A DNA stretch of 64,000 bases, taken from assembly GCA_024679065.1 (NCBI GenBank), contig JAGIQG010000007.1, positions 58,032,001 to 58,096,000 of the forward strand. The letters are read 5' to 3'. The number at the start of each line of letters is the position of its first letter. The first letter of the stretch is position 1. The notes beneath the pieces are model-generated. The model saw only the letters and a program-made list of their open reading frames with translations, did no database searches and was not told the DNA's origin. Below are positions 12,911 to 26,090 of the stretch, piece after piece. Made by a program: the position numbers and the translations under genes. This DNA is from Sphyrna mokarran (taxonomy: Eukaryota).

Positions 12911-14059
12911 TAACCAGGGAGACAGAGACATACAGCTATTCAGCAGAATGTTTATTGCTGGGCTACATGCTACAAAGTTGACAGGCAGCAAGAGTTAACC
13001 ACACATTATGATCCCTGCATCAGTTTTTCGATCTTATCCATTTTTCTCTCCCTCACAGTTTTTCCTGATATTGATGACAGGCAACTTTGCACTGGAGTGC
13101 CACTATTTTACCTTCAACAGCTTTTACTTTCTTCCCTGACGTCTAAGGTGGTAATTTTCATCCATTATTCCTTCAACAACTTCTATTTCTACATTCCACC
13201 AGTTCCCTCTCTTTGGTCAGAATTGGAGGAGACGAGGTTCCCAGAATGGAAGTCTCCACTGGCCTCCGGCAGGATTTTATGATGTCGCCCAAGTGAGGCC
13301 ATAAATTCCCACCTTTATCTTCCTAACATTATTTCAGTCTTTATTGATTTTGTCCTATTTTTCACCCACTTGTGTGCACGTGTTCCTAAAACCTGCTTTC
13401 CTAAAGTTCAATGATTAATATTAATTTTTTAATTTTGTTTACACTGAACTTCATGACCCTATGGTCCTACTTCCTAGTTGCTCCCCACCTGAGTACCTGC
13501 TAACATGTCCCATTTATATCATTTTGATTAATGTAACCATTTTTTAGTGTGCTCAGAATTCTCGACTCCTTTTATTACTAATACTACTCAAAGGTACCCT
13601 TGAATTTACAGGTAGCAACAATTCCCCATTATTAAACTATTACCTTTGGTGCAGTTTTCCCTATTCCCTATGAAACATTTGATCAACATCAGCTGTATTT
13701 TTTCAGAACTGTCTGAAGTTGGTTCCTACTGGTAATTTCTTTCTGTTTCCTTCATTTAACTGTGTCCAGAGTCATTCAGTCTCCCGAGACCTCTTTAATA
13801 TCATGCCTTTCCTGTACCTTTCTGCTATCCTTCATATACAATGAAATTGCTCTGTCCCAACACCTACATCCATCTCCTCTAAACAGTTTATATCCTTTCA
13901 CTGTTATCTCCCATTTGCACTCCTTCCCACTACAGTTTCCCCATCAGAATTTTCTCAAACAGGCAGGCTTTCCATCAGATCTCTTTTTTTAACAACAATA
14001 AGTTTAAAATAAAACTATGATCTCATATCCACCTCAGTCCTTAATTTGAACGTATAATT

Positions 14060-14352
14060 AAGGCTGACGCTTCAAGTGCAGTCCTGCAAGCACGCTGTAT
14101 TGTTGAAAATGAAATGTTACCTGAAGCTAACTCATTGAGCAGCTCAGGTGGGTTTAAAGAAAACACCCAGAACTTTGCAGGATGGTCTAGTGTCTTCACT
14201 AATATTTCTCCCTTAACTCTCGCCATCAGAAATAGTTTGACCAATCATTCATTTCATTTAATTTCTATTGGACTTTACCATGTAAAATCAATCATAATGA
14301 TAATTCATTGGCTGCATCGTGTTTTGGTGTGTCCTGAGGACTGTTAAAAAAA
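14060..14352 (+). mobile_element. Ancient Deu-domain SINE (AmnSINE1/SacSINE-like) remnant
   Basis: ggctgacgcttcaagtgcagt, ctcaggtgggtttaaaga, aatatttctcccttaac and gtcctgagg match the Deu-domain layout as I recall it; heavily decayed. Confidence 0.5.
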
Positions 14353-14629
14353 ATTCAAATACTTTTCTTTCTGCGTTTTTTAATCATTGTCATCAGTCTT
14401 TCATAAGTATCTTTTCAGCAGCAGCCAATCATAATAGAATGCAACAGCAAAATGCTCCAGGTATTGGAAATGTGTAATAAAAACAGAAAATATTGGATTT
14501 AGGGATGGGATTCTCCAGTTGTTCATGCCAGCGGGATTCTCCTGTCCCACTGTAGTGAACGGAGATTTGGCTGAGCGCCAAATTTTCTGTCCTCTCTGGC
14601 TGTGGCAGTGGGGTGTAGATACTGATTGA

Positions 14630-15200
14630 CAGTCTGTTCCTGTGCTTTACTGGGCAGCAGTCTTCCCTTCACTGCTACATGCTTCGGAGACAGCCTGCAA
14701 TAGACATTTCAAAGCACAGGTGAAGTACCACCAACAGTGCCTTTGCAAGAACCTCCAGCATCTTCTCACTAGTAAAACTGCCCAGCGTCAAGGTGCTAAT
14801 CACTCAAAACCAGCTCAGGATGGGACATGCCGTCCATATGTCTGATACCGGACTTCTGAGGCAATTGCTCTACTCTGATCACCCAGGAGGACAACAAAAA
14901 TGCTTTAGGAATATCATAAAGGCATTCCCTAAGAGATCAAATATACCTGCAAAATCATGAGAGACTATGGCTTGTGACCAATCAAAATAGAGAAGATTCA
15001 TTTGGGAAGATGCTGAATATTTGGAGAGGCTTCATTGGAAATGTGTAGAGGTGAAATCAAGGAATCGGAGGGAGTGCAGAAATCTCCAAACTATCCACCT
15101 AATCAACTCTTCAAGCACCAACTGCCTCATGCCTAGCAGCCTTAACAAGCACACAACCCATTGTAATGGAGTAAAAGCAAGTCATCCTCACAACCATGGA
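14630..15200 (+). mobile_element. RTE-clade LINE 3' fragment
   Basis: Decayed QNQLR.GH.V.M.DT.L.RQLLYS..PGGQQK.F...IKA motif typical of the RTE/BovB RT C-terminus. Confidence 0.7.
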
Positions 15201-15202
15201 GC

Positions 15203-15497
15203 CATGGATTGCACAGAATCCCTATTGTGCAGAAGGAGGACATTTGGCCCATTGGGTCTGCACCGACTTTCTGAAAGAGCACCTTAGCCTCTCCTTTCCA
15301 CCCTAGCCCTGTAACTCCATGCATTTACCATGGCTGATCCACCTAACATGCACATCTTTGGAGTATGGGAGGAAACCAAAACACTAATGGAAACCCATGC
15401 AGACATGGGGAGAAAGTGCAAGCTACACACAGAAAGTTGCCTGTGCTGGAATTAAACATGAGTTCCTGGTGTTGTGAGGTAGCAATTCTAACCACTG
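15203..15497 (-). mobile_element. HE1/V-SINE (tRNA-derived)
   Basis: Reverse complement has a cagtggttag A-box region, the V-domain ttctccccatgtctgcatgggtttcc and a CR1-like tail. Confidence 0.8.
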
Positions 15498-15604
15498 ATC
15501 GGTTCACTATTGAGTACAACAACAGTCCAAAGATATATGGGTTAGGTGGATTGGCCAGGTGTGTAAGTGAAATGTTTATGAGGAGAAAGTGCACAAAGGC
15601 TAAA

Positions 15605-15830
15605 TGGATGGTGAATATATGGAATTTTTTTTTTATCGCAGAGGACTGTTGAGGCTGGGTCATTAAGCATATTCAAGGCCCGTAGGCAGATGTTTTATTA
15701 GTAAGAAAATCAAGAGTTATAGGGATAATGCTGGAAGGTGGAGTTGAGGATTATTACATCATGATCCTTTTGAACAGCTGAGTAGATACGATGGACCAAA
15801 TGGCTGAGCTGCCAACTTCTGTTCCCACAT
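15605..15830 (+). mobile_element. CR1 3' end fragment
   Basis: ggtgaatatatggaat...gctgttgaggctgggtcatta...attcaagg and the 3' UTR stem region. Confidence 0.65.
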
Positions 15831-15912
15831 TGGATCTTAAGGTGCAATATGTCCATAAGTCTGGCTGGCTCACCGTATCAGGGTTTTCATTCACCCTCAT
15901 CCACACACCATT

Positions 15913-16235
15913 ATCATAGATTCCTACAGTGCAGAAGGAGGCCGTTCGGCCCATTGAGTCTGCACCAACCACAATCCCACCCACACCTTATTCCCCAGAA
16001 CCCCATGCATTTACCCTAGCTAGTCCCCCTGACACTAAGGGGCAATTTAGCATGGCCAATCCACCTAATCTGCACATACTTGGACTGTGGAAGAAAACTG
16101 GAACAGTTGGAGGAAACCCAGGCAGACGTGGGGAGAATATGCAAACTTCTCACAGACAGTGACCCAAGCCGGAAATCAACCCATGTCCCTGATGCTGTGA
16201 GGCAGCAGTACTAACCACTGTGCCACCGTGCTGCC
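15913..16235 (-). mobile_element. Full-length HE1/V-SINE
   Basis: Reverse complement starts ggcagcacggtggcacagtggttagtactgctgcctcacagc (tRNA head), then V-domain and CR1-derived tail ggccgaacggcctccttctgcactgtagg. Confidence 0.9.
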
Positions 16236-18769
16236 TAAGGCAGCTGTCATGGATTCTCATCCAATGTCACAGTGGAAGAGGATAGTTGAGTGGACCCCCA
16301 AGACTGGGAATGAGACAGGAACATGCACTCTCACCTTATTAGTCCAGCACTCATCGTTATTTATTACTCAATAGATTTTTTTGCTTAGCAAGTTGTTTTT
16401 TTTCATACCCCAATTTTCTTTTTTAAATTCATGTTTAAAATTGTGCCAAACTTTATCTTTCTGAAATTTGCCCATCAGGCCCTTGTGTGAGAAAATTCCG
16501 AAACGTATTCCCCCCATCACTACACCCCCTCACATCAGGTTAGAAATGCCTAATATAGATGATATTGAGAGTGTACTTACAAAATTAATTCAATTTGTGC
16601 CCTTATAAATAGAAAGGCCAATGCAGATTCTCCCTGTGCCATCTGTTTAAGTGGAACATATGCCTGAGCCCGTAATTTAATCCTTAGTTTGGGAATTAAG
16701 AATTTTAGTTCTGTTCTAATTGCAGACTTATAGTAGTTAGTGTTTTGAAAATATTTTAAAAGTCCTCATAAGCTCTTCATGAATACACGTTTTGCAAGTC
16801 TGGATTTTTTTTAAAAGGGCAATTTTTTTTTGGAAAAGGCAGAAAACTAGCCTTAATTTTTAATTGTGTTTGTATCATGTGAAACATTTGAAAATTAAGG
16901 CAAAAAGTCCAGTTTGCTTAATCATGTAGTGTATTCACAAACTAAACAACTTCCTAAACATATCATGATGCTAGTACCTCTTTAACTGTTGTGTGACAAG
17001 CCATATATTTTGCTCCTGCTCTCTTATTTCTGCTACTTACTCAGTATAACCATTGTAAACAATTTCACCTTTCTATATTCCACCTGTGTTTGCAAGGCTA
17101 ATATCATGTATATTTGAATGCACGGCAAAAGTTAACTTTGTAATTAGAAACCAGTCTTTCTATCATCCTTTTACACCCTCTGTGGCATGGATTTCTACCA
17201 GCACACTGCTGGCATTGATAGAGCCTAAACTGGGATTAGGTCTGAGACCAGTGTGAGCTTTGGATGGATTGCCTATGTTTCTAAGAAGCAGAGAGTGGCA
17301 GTGTGGTTACTGGATATCATTGTGCGCTCATTTTGGATCTGTGGAATTAAGATGAAATATATGCTCCTATAAACATTATATACCTTAGAGAAAAGGCTTT
17401 ACTTTGCGCAGAATCAGAATAATCAGTGTGCTTTGGTTTAAGAGGAAACATCAGTAATTAACTTACATTTGATGTGTGCATGGAGCAAAATGGATCATGG
17501 CAGAAAATTTGTAGTGTAAGTAATAGGAAGTATTTTGTTAAATAAGAGGCATCATTGTTTTTTAGTGAATGAGTAACAGAACACGGATCATGCTGACTCC
17601 ACCAATTAATATTATTGTTAATATGCTCTCATTTTCCCTTCTCTGACTAAGTTACTGGGCACCATGATATTTTTTGGGTTGATTTTAAGGAAAAGTCCCA
17701 CAGATTTCCAATTTCTCTCAAGTTTCTTAGACACACTTGTTAAATTGTATTAAGCAGCGATTTGGACTTTAAAGCATTTTCCATAAATAACTAAATCATT
17801 GGATTTTGGTGATCAATCTTTAAAACCTTGCTCAATGCACTATTTGGTGTGACCTTTCTCTTCTAACAGTTGAAGAATAATACTCATTACTGTGGTCACT
17901 TAAATAGCCAATGTTTCTAATCCCTACTCAAAGACAGACATGTACAATAAAGAAATATTTTTGTAACTGCTTTTTGAGACATATCCCAAAGGAAAGCAGG
18001 GTCAGGCAACAGGGAGCTGAGTCAAGTACAGCTGCAGTTCTCTGTCTTGGCCCAGCTCCAGGATCAGGGTAGGAAGAGCCTGTATTCCATTTGAAAAGCA
18101 ATGACATTTTGATTGTTCATTATGCTTTATACTGTACTCATTTTGGCAATTGTCAACATTGTGAGGGTGCATCTCCAAAATCAAATCCTATTTGAAGTTA
18201 AGTGGTATCAAACCAATGTTCATTTGCAGCTAAGACCGAGACCCATTTATCACCCACATTGTTTGACAAAAAGCTAAACCTAATTTCAAGTCCAACTCCT
18301 TTCTTCTTTCGGTGCTCAGCTGATTGACTTTTTTTCAAACATGCTTCTATTGTGGTTCCATTCACTTTCATTCCTTTTATTTTGTATTTTTTTTTCCTGT
18401 TTGCTAAGGGCTCAGGGGCACAGAGACATGGGAATTTGGAGCAGAGTAGGCAATTCAGCCCTTTGAATCTGCTCTGCCATTCAGTCAGATCATGGTTGAT
18501 CTTTTCCTGATCTCAAATCCACCTCAATCCCTGTTCGCCGTATCCCTTTAATCTGTTTTAATGAAATAAGAAATGCATACAATCTGTTCACAAATTGCTG
18601 CCAATCTCCAAGTGATCACACACAAATAACTCTTTCCCCTCTTGGGAGATCCTGCCATCTCCACTCAGCACCTAACTATAATCACATTGTTCAGATTGAG
18701 AACTGAGCCTATATTCATCCCTGCTTCAGGGAACTGAGTGTAATTATGAAAAACTGTTTAGCTCTTAAT

Positions 18770-19470
18770 TGGGCAATTATGTGTCCAGCTCTGGCACCAC
18801 AATTTAGGAAGGATGAGGAGATGTTGGAAAGGGTGTAAATGGGATCCACAAGAATGGTTGCAGGGATGAGGAACTTTGGTTCGGTGGATAGGTTGGGGAA
18901 GTTAAGGCTGTTCTGCTTGGAAAAGAAAAAATTGAGAGGAGAAGTGAAAATACTAAGGACAGGGCAAGTCCTCCCACAGGTATGATCTTCTGATCCTGAT
19001 GAAGTCAACATCCTGCGGTGATGGGTTCCCTGACATGAGTAAGTAATGCAAGGGACCATGGACTTTGGCAGGACCAGAAGATTCTGCTGGTGGCCACTGT
19101 CTCATTGCATCTGTCATAGGAAAACCTGCCACCAGGGCAGGTCGGAAAATTCCAGTCTTAAACTCAGCGGGTCTGACATCACCTGTGGAGAAAGAAACAA
19201 AGTTAATGTTTTGAGTCCAATGTGATACTTCTTCAGAACTCTTCAAACACTTGTCCCTCCACAGATTTGTTGAGTTTTTCCATCACTTTCTATTTTATTT
19301 CAGATCTCCATCCAACATTAGCACCAGTTTGCTTTTATTCTAGCGTTGCGAGCAGTTTTGATAGATGTGGTCAAAATCACAAAGGGTCGGAACAGAGTAC
19401 AGAGTGAGAAATTAGCTAAACAATCCAGAACTAAAGGATACTGATTTAAGGTTATTGGCAAAAGAAAAAA
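18770..19470 (+). mobile_element. Old CR1 fragment interrupted by a MITE (~18961-19157) and a PLE-derived element
   Basis: W.PQFRKD...LERV...TRMVAGMR.F and later gtcaaaatc...tttaaggttattggcaaaaga are collinear CR1 segments. Confidence 0.55.
19160..19312. mobile_element. Short foldback element derived from Penelope-like pLTRs, with a decayed hammerhead motif
   Basis: Arms aactcagc...ctgtggag / ctccacag...tgagtt are inverted; 19201-19240 on minus reads agtt CTGAAGA agtatcacattggactc AAAA cat ta act (G12 of GAAA lost). Confidence 0.5.
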
Positions 19471-22400
19471 TGAGGCCCACAGGGAGATCACTTAGAGATT
19501 AGAGACAGGGATTATCACAGGCAGTTTGTCCAGACCAGGCCTTGTTGTGGGGCTGGTAGTTGGACCACAGAGGGGAAAAAAGAGGGTTGAGTGCGTATGA
19601 GAGAGTCGAGTGTGAGTGAAGAAAATTACTAAGTGCGTGTGAGAGAGGAAGTGAGTGTTAGTGAGAAAAGCAGGTAGAATATATATGAGGGGGAGGCTGA
19701 ATATATGAGAGTGAGGGGTAAGTATACATGTAAGACTAGCGATGAATGTATGTTAAAGATGGAGGTAGAGTATCTATATATAAATGATTGCCTGATTGTT
19801 TTAAGAGCTGGTCACGTGATTTGACGATGATGTCATTGGGGCAGTAGCTTTAGTTTCAGCTTCTACTCTGTAGAGGCAATAGCTTCTATACTAAATCTGT
19901 TATTATTTTCAATCCGCATGTGCAAATCACATCCTTTTCTTTAAAAACAAACAACTCCTGTATTATTCAGCAGTAAGGTCAACCTTTATTGTCTGTTCCT
20001 AATTACTCTTGAGAAGGTGTGTAAAAATATAATTTTTAAAGGCTTAAAGAGCTACTAATGAATCATTTAACAGCACTCCATGAACATTTAGCCAGCTCTA
20101 ATCTTCAAAGTTTATTAATCACATTGTGGATTGAACAAGGTGCAGCTTTTTCAACGGTTTCTAACAGTGATGTGAGAGCAGAAACATTGACATTCTCATT
20201 GATTTCTAACAGTGATTATGGGTGGGACGGGGTAGGATGGAAGTATGTTTCAGCCTGTGTCAGACCTCTGAGTACCAAACTTAGGTTTATTCAGCTAATC
20301 TGTACATGTACCATATGGTGAAATTGCAGTCACTTTCAAAGGGTAATGATGCCGAGTGCTGACAGTTTGGCATCAATCAACCCATACTCACTCACCCACC
20401 CCCCTCACCAACCCACACCCCTGTAAAATATCAGTTGATATTCACAAACACCATGATATAGAATACATGCAATTCTCCTTATTAAACCACAAATGCCTCG
20501 ATCCATATGTATAATTTTGGGGAGAGAGTGTTGGTGCCATGTAATTCATTTGCATAAATGCAGATCTCTGGTTTACCCAGTGTGACCAAAGATAAACAGT
20601 TTGAAGCTGCCTTGTAAAAAGCTGTTTCCATCTGATCATTGGAGCCAAAGCACCACATGTCTGCAGAGCTGCTGAAAGAATTACTAAGTGTTCCAGCGAG
20701 TGATAAGACAGATTACAAACTCTCTTTGAATGGGTGCTGGCCCACTTTTCTGAGCATATCTCATAGATTCAAATCCTAAAGAATCTGATAATTGCTGATG
20801 TTAGAAAAGCGACTGAACATGAAAAGGACACAAATGACATTTTGGTACATGTACCTCATGGAAGGCATTAATGGAAACCACTAATGATTAGACAGCTATT
20901 TTGCTGCCAGTATATCAGTGACTCAGGCAGCCTGGAATTGAAACCCTTGACTCGGCTCCCAGAGAACTGCGTGGAATTACATAGGATATTACACAGTGCA
21001 GAAACAGGCCACGTGGCTCAAGCAGTCTGTACTGGTGTTTATGCTTCAGTTGAGCTGACACCAAATTTCCTCACTTAGATCCAGCTTTGTAACCATCCAG
21101 TCCGCTCTCCCTCATATGTTTGTCTAGCTTCCCCTTAAATACATTAACTATTGAACTGAAGCCAAAGGATTAATTTCAGGTGGGCCTTGTACTGGTCTAT
21201 TCTTGTTCATACAGCATACTGACAACCTAATTTATGCTTGAAAGTCGGTACATACAAACATATCACCCTTATATTCTGACAGTTTTCTGTATAACCCACG
21301 CTGATCCTAACTTTTCTTAGGTTGTGGCCCTGACAACCTGCTCTGATTCTCCCCCCGCCATTTCTTGGCCTTGTGTGTTCAGTGAGAGGCCATTCTGTTT
21401 GCATAGCAAATGCTAGAGCCATTTCAGGTGATTTGTAACACCCACCCTGTCCCAGACTGATAAATACTTTAGACTTCATTCCCAGAGGAAGGCAGATTTT
21501 CCACGCCCGTTCCCAATCCCAGCGTGCTCTGTTTGACTCTCAGGCAGTGGGACCAATCCATGATAGCTTTTCAAGAAAAAAATGTTTTCTTTTGCAGAAG
21601 TGCAAAAGATTTCTTGGTTGATTTGGATCCTGCCAGTGGGTGCATATGCACTCCTGCAAAGTTTAGCATAACTCCAATTCACTGGATATACTTGCAACCA
21701 TTCTGATGTTGGGGCCCAGGCCCGGGAGTGGGAATTTTTGGCTGAGGGGCTTCTCAGACTTGGCCGTACCTCTTGTGTGTCCTTTGCCAAGTAAGGGGAG
21801 ACAGAACTTCCACCTTTCCAAATCAATGTGAAAACTCCCAGAAACAGCAGAGGCACAGTACAAGTGCACTTTTGCCTTGTATCTAGGGCTTCCACTTGTC
21901 TCTAGCTGGACTTATGCTGGTGAAATCCCTAAGGTTTTTGCAGGACTCCCCTCCACAATATGGTTCATACTATAACTCTATTTTTATACAGTGCTCAAAG
22001 ACAGCACTCTGGAGAGATGATCTATTGAACTAGTGCTGTGCAACATTTTAATGTGTAACAGACTGTTAGGGGATTATATTAAAGTATTTAGTCTCATGTG
22101 GTGAATGCATAGCTAATCTCATACTGCTAGTAATTAATACAACAAAGTACATCTGAGATGGCTTTTGATCAACCAAGAATTTTTGAAACTCTAGAGACCT
22201 TTTCTTTGGGTGATAAAATAGTTTTCTGCCTTAAACCAATCCATTTTGTAAAGAAGAGCCTGTCGAGATTTCTGAAACATGTGCTTTGTAAGGTCATGGA
22301 TTTCACTTTACATGCTGTCTGAAACTACACTTCCTAATCTAAAAAGAGAACTGAAAACAGACTGTACAGAAAGGACCTAAAATTTTCCCATATTTCTTTC

Positions 22401-23479
22401 ACCAGAAATAAAAATAATAAAATGGTTTATTATTAAAATGCTGAAAGTATGTCCCTTTGAGTCCCCTCCGCACCAGGTTTTTGGTAATACCTGTACAGTC
22501 CAGTCCATTCTTTGGAAACAGAGTAAACTGAAACAGCAAGAAATTCACAGTAGATCCACCATCTTTTCAGGAGGTTAATGTTTTGATAGAAAGTTTTCAT
22601 CAGATGTTTAAGTTCACTATACTGGTTTCACCTTGAAATACCCCACCTGGAAAGATGAAGGGAAACTATGAATGGTGTGAAAATATTGAGGTCAACAGTT
22701 CTTCCGCAGTCGCAGGTACCTGGTGAAGATTTTCTTTATGTATTCATTCATTCATTCATTCATGTGTGCTCTGGGTAAAAGGAGATCTTTGGCTCAATGT
22801 CTTCTGATGTTCCATTCGGAACTATTTTCTTGGCAGTTTTTGCCACTTGGTGGTTTTTGCGTTTCTCTCTTGCACTCTGTCTCCCTCTGTATATATATAT
22901 GCATGTATTCTTATAATTAGAAGAGATTAGGTTGAAATTAAACCCTGCCACCCCCCACTTTAAAGATGAAATACCTGCCTGAATTTACACTTGATGTTTC
23001 CCTTAAAAAACTGAATTTGGGTCTGGATATTTTTCAAATATCCAAACAGCTACTTAACACAAACTACCTAATATGTGCAGATGAAGGGATCTAAATAAAT
23101 GTTTTTAAGAGTTGGGCAGCAGTAAGTATAACAGGCTTTATGAAAAGTAGGTTTTAAAAGAAACATTTGCAAAAATCTTCTCGTGAAAGCAGGCAAAGCA
23201 GGAGTGCTTCCTCTGATTTTATCTTTATTACTATCACAGATCTTCCCCCATTGCCCATTCCAAAGCCCTCTGGGAATTTACACTGGGGCTTCTGGGCCAA
23301 AATTCATGCTGTTCAAGCATGCAGCATATGATATTGTGACAGATATTGGTAACTTGTGTGTAAAATGCTATTGAGGCCAGAAGCCCTAACTAACCCAAAA
23401 TAAATATGACTAAATGAGCAAGAAACTGATAGTACTAGCTTCTCTTGATATGTAAAAAGAAAATATTTAGGAAAGACAA

Positions 23480-25095
23480 GTACGGGTTTATCACAGGCAG
23501 ACAATGGAGAATTTATATTTGGTAATAAGGTAATGGCAAATAAACTATAAACAAATACTTGTGTCTGTCTTCATGGAGGAAAGTACAAAAATCCTCATTG
23601 AAATATTGGGGAGCTGAAGTAAATTGCAATAAGTACAAATGTAGTGCTGGAGAAATTAATGAGTTCAAAAGTTAAGAAATACCCTGGCGCTGATGCTGTA
23701 CATCCTGAGTATTGATTGAGATGGGTATAGTGATAGTGGATGCGTTGGTGGTCATCTTTCAAAATTCTATAAATTCTGGAAGTGTGCCTGTGGATTCGAA
23801 GATAGCAAATCTAACCCCACTATTTGAGAAAGGGGGGGTGGGTAAGATAAAACAGGGAGCTACTAAACATGTTATAAAGATGTAAAACTGATCATTTGGA
23901 AAATAATGGTAAGATTTGGCAGAATCAACATGGATTTATTATATTTGACAAACCTGTTGGAGTTTTTTGAGGATGCTATTTAGTAGGATATATAAGGGGA
24001 AACCACTAGAGGTAGTGTATTTGAAATTTCAGAAAGCTTTCGATAAGGTCCTGCACAAGAAGCTAGTAAACAAAAAAGAGCACATTAGATTAGGAGTAAT
24101 ATACAGCAAGGATTGAGGATTGATTAACAGACGGAAAACAAAGAATAATATAAGCAGCTCATTCTCAGGTTGGCAGGCTGGGATGTGAGGACCATTGTAG
24201 TATTTCCAAGTTTGCTCAAGTTTTGACACAAAACTTGAGGATGCAAAGAGGCTTCAAGATGATTTAGACAGGTTAAGTGAGTAGGGAAGAACATGCAACA
24301 TGGAATACTTTGTAGAGAAATGTGAAGTTATCCACTTTGAAACGAAAAAAGAAGCAAAATGTAGAGTATTCCTTCAAACAGGAGCGACTGGGAAATATTG
24401 ATGTTCAAATAGAGCTGAATGTTACTGAAACTATGTGTAGATGCATCAAAAAATTAGGAATACAAAGGATATCTTAACTTTTATTCCAAGACAATTTGAG
24501 CACAAATATAAGGAAATCTTGCTACTGAGACCACACATGGAGTACTGTGTACAGTTTTGGTTTTCTTACCAAAGGAAGGAAATACTAGCCATCAAGGGAG
24601 TGCAGTGGACTCTCATTAGACTAATTTCTGGGATGGTAGGATTATCCTATGAGAAAAGATTGATAAGAGAATGGCTATACGCATCCTCTACATGTTATAA
24701 GAATATGTGTATAAAATTCTTAGAAGCCTTGTCAAAATACAGGAAGGATATTTCCTCTAGCTGGGGAGGGGTGGGTGGTTGGTGTTCAAGAGCTAGGGGG
24801 CACAGAATAAGTAGGCTATTTAGGACCAAGATGAAGAAGAATTTCTTCAGTCTGAGGATGGTGAATCATTGGAATTCTCTACCCCAGAGGACTGTGGAGA
24901 TTCAGTCTTTGAGTGTGTTTGAAGCAGAGATTGATAGATTCCTACATATCAATGACATCAATGAATATGGAGAAAGTATGAAGAATGTGTTAGCTAGAAG
25001 AGTAGCCATGATCTAGGTAAGTAGTACAGCAAGCTCAAGGAATTGAATGGTCCACATCTGCACCTATTTTCCTATGTCATATGTTCCTATGTTTC
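23480..25095 (+). mobile_element. Old degenerate CR1 LINE (RT plus 3' UTR)
   Basis: FQKAFDKVLHK, LRPHMEYCVQFW, FFSLRMVNHWNSLP and a tatgttcctatg tail. Confidence 0.9.
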
Positions 25096-25568
25096 AGTTT
25101 TAGGCTGGCCTAGTCTGCTTGGTTGGAGTACATACAGCCTGTGTGCTCAATGTCATGTTTCAGATGAATTTCTACTTCAATGCTTCCTTACAATTACTAT
25201 TTACTTTAAAATCAGTTCATGTGATCCATCATTCCATTATAACGACGAGGTTGAATCTTAAGCACCATAAGAAATTATGCAATCGAATCGAGATCATTAT
25301 GAATCACAACTAAATACTCATTATATAACATTCTCAGCATGTCTCCAACCATTCACAAGCACCAAGTTACTTAATATCATACTTCCCCATGTCAATCATT
25401 GCCCTTTCACCTGTCAATCATTGTACTCAACTCATCCATTCCACCTGCAACATTCCTGGTGTTAAAGTAGAGATGATGTAGAGAAGATGGCGTTGGACTG
25501 GGGTAAACACAGTAAGAAGTCCCACAACACCAGGTTAAAGTCTAAACGGTTTATTTGGTAGCAAAAAC

Positions 25569-25609
25569 CCACTAGCTTTCAGAGAGCTGCTTCTTCCTCA
25601 GGTAAGTGG
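25569..25609 (-). ncRNA. Minimal hammerhead motif in pLTR, weakened stem II
   Basis: Minus strand: ccacttac CTGAGGA agaagcagctctct GAAA gc TA gtgg. Confidence 0.6.
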
Positions 25610-26051
25610 GAGTTCTGTTCACAAACGGGGCATATATAGACACAAACTCAATTTACAAAATAGTGGTTAGAATGTGAGTCTTTACAGGTAATCGAGTCTT
25701 AAAGGTACAGACAATGTGAGTGGAGAGAATGTTAAGCACAGGTTAAAGAGATGTGTATTGTCTCCAGCCAGGACAGTTAGTGAGATTTTGCAAGCTTAGG
25801 CAATTCGTGGAGGTTACAGATAGTGTGACATGAACCCAAGATTCCGTTTGAAGCCGTCCTCGTGTGCGGAATTTGACTATCAGTCTCTGCTCAGCAACTC
25901 TGCATTGTCATCTGTTGTGAAGGGTGCCTTGGAGCATATTAATATTAATATAATCTTATTGATATTAATATCTGTAAAGACTCGCATTCCAACCATTATT
26001 TTGTAAATTAAGTTTGTGTCTTTATATGCCCTGTTTGTGAACAGAACGCTT

Positions 26052-26090
26052 ACTTACCTGGTGAAGGAGCAGCGCTCTGAAAGCTGGGGG
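26052..26090 (+). ncRNA. Decayed minimal hammerhead motif in pLTR
   Basis: tac CTGGTGA aggagcagcgctct GAAA gc TG: A6 and the cleavage-site base are mutated. Confidence 0.5.

Noticed and set aside
16150-16235. tRNA gene
   Set aside because: It is the tRNA-derived head of a V-SINE; same for 56150-56256.
22655-22780. Possible first coding exon (MKGNYEWC... or MNGVKILRS...) ending at cag/gtacc
   Set aside because: No recognisable protein, weak donor, no linked downstream exon found.
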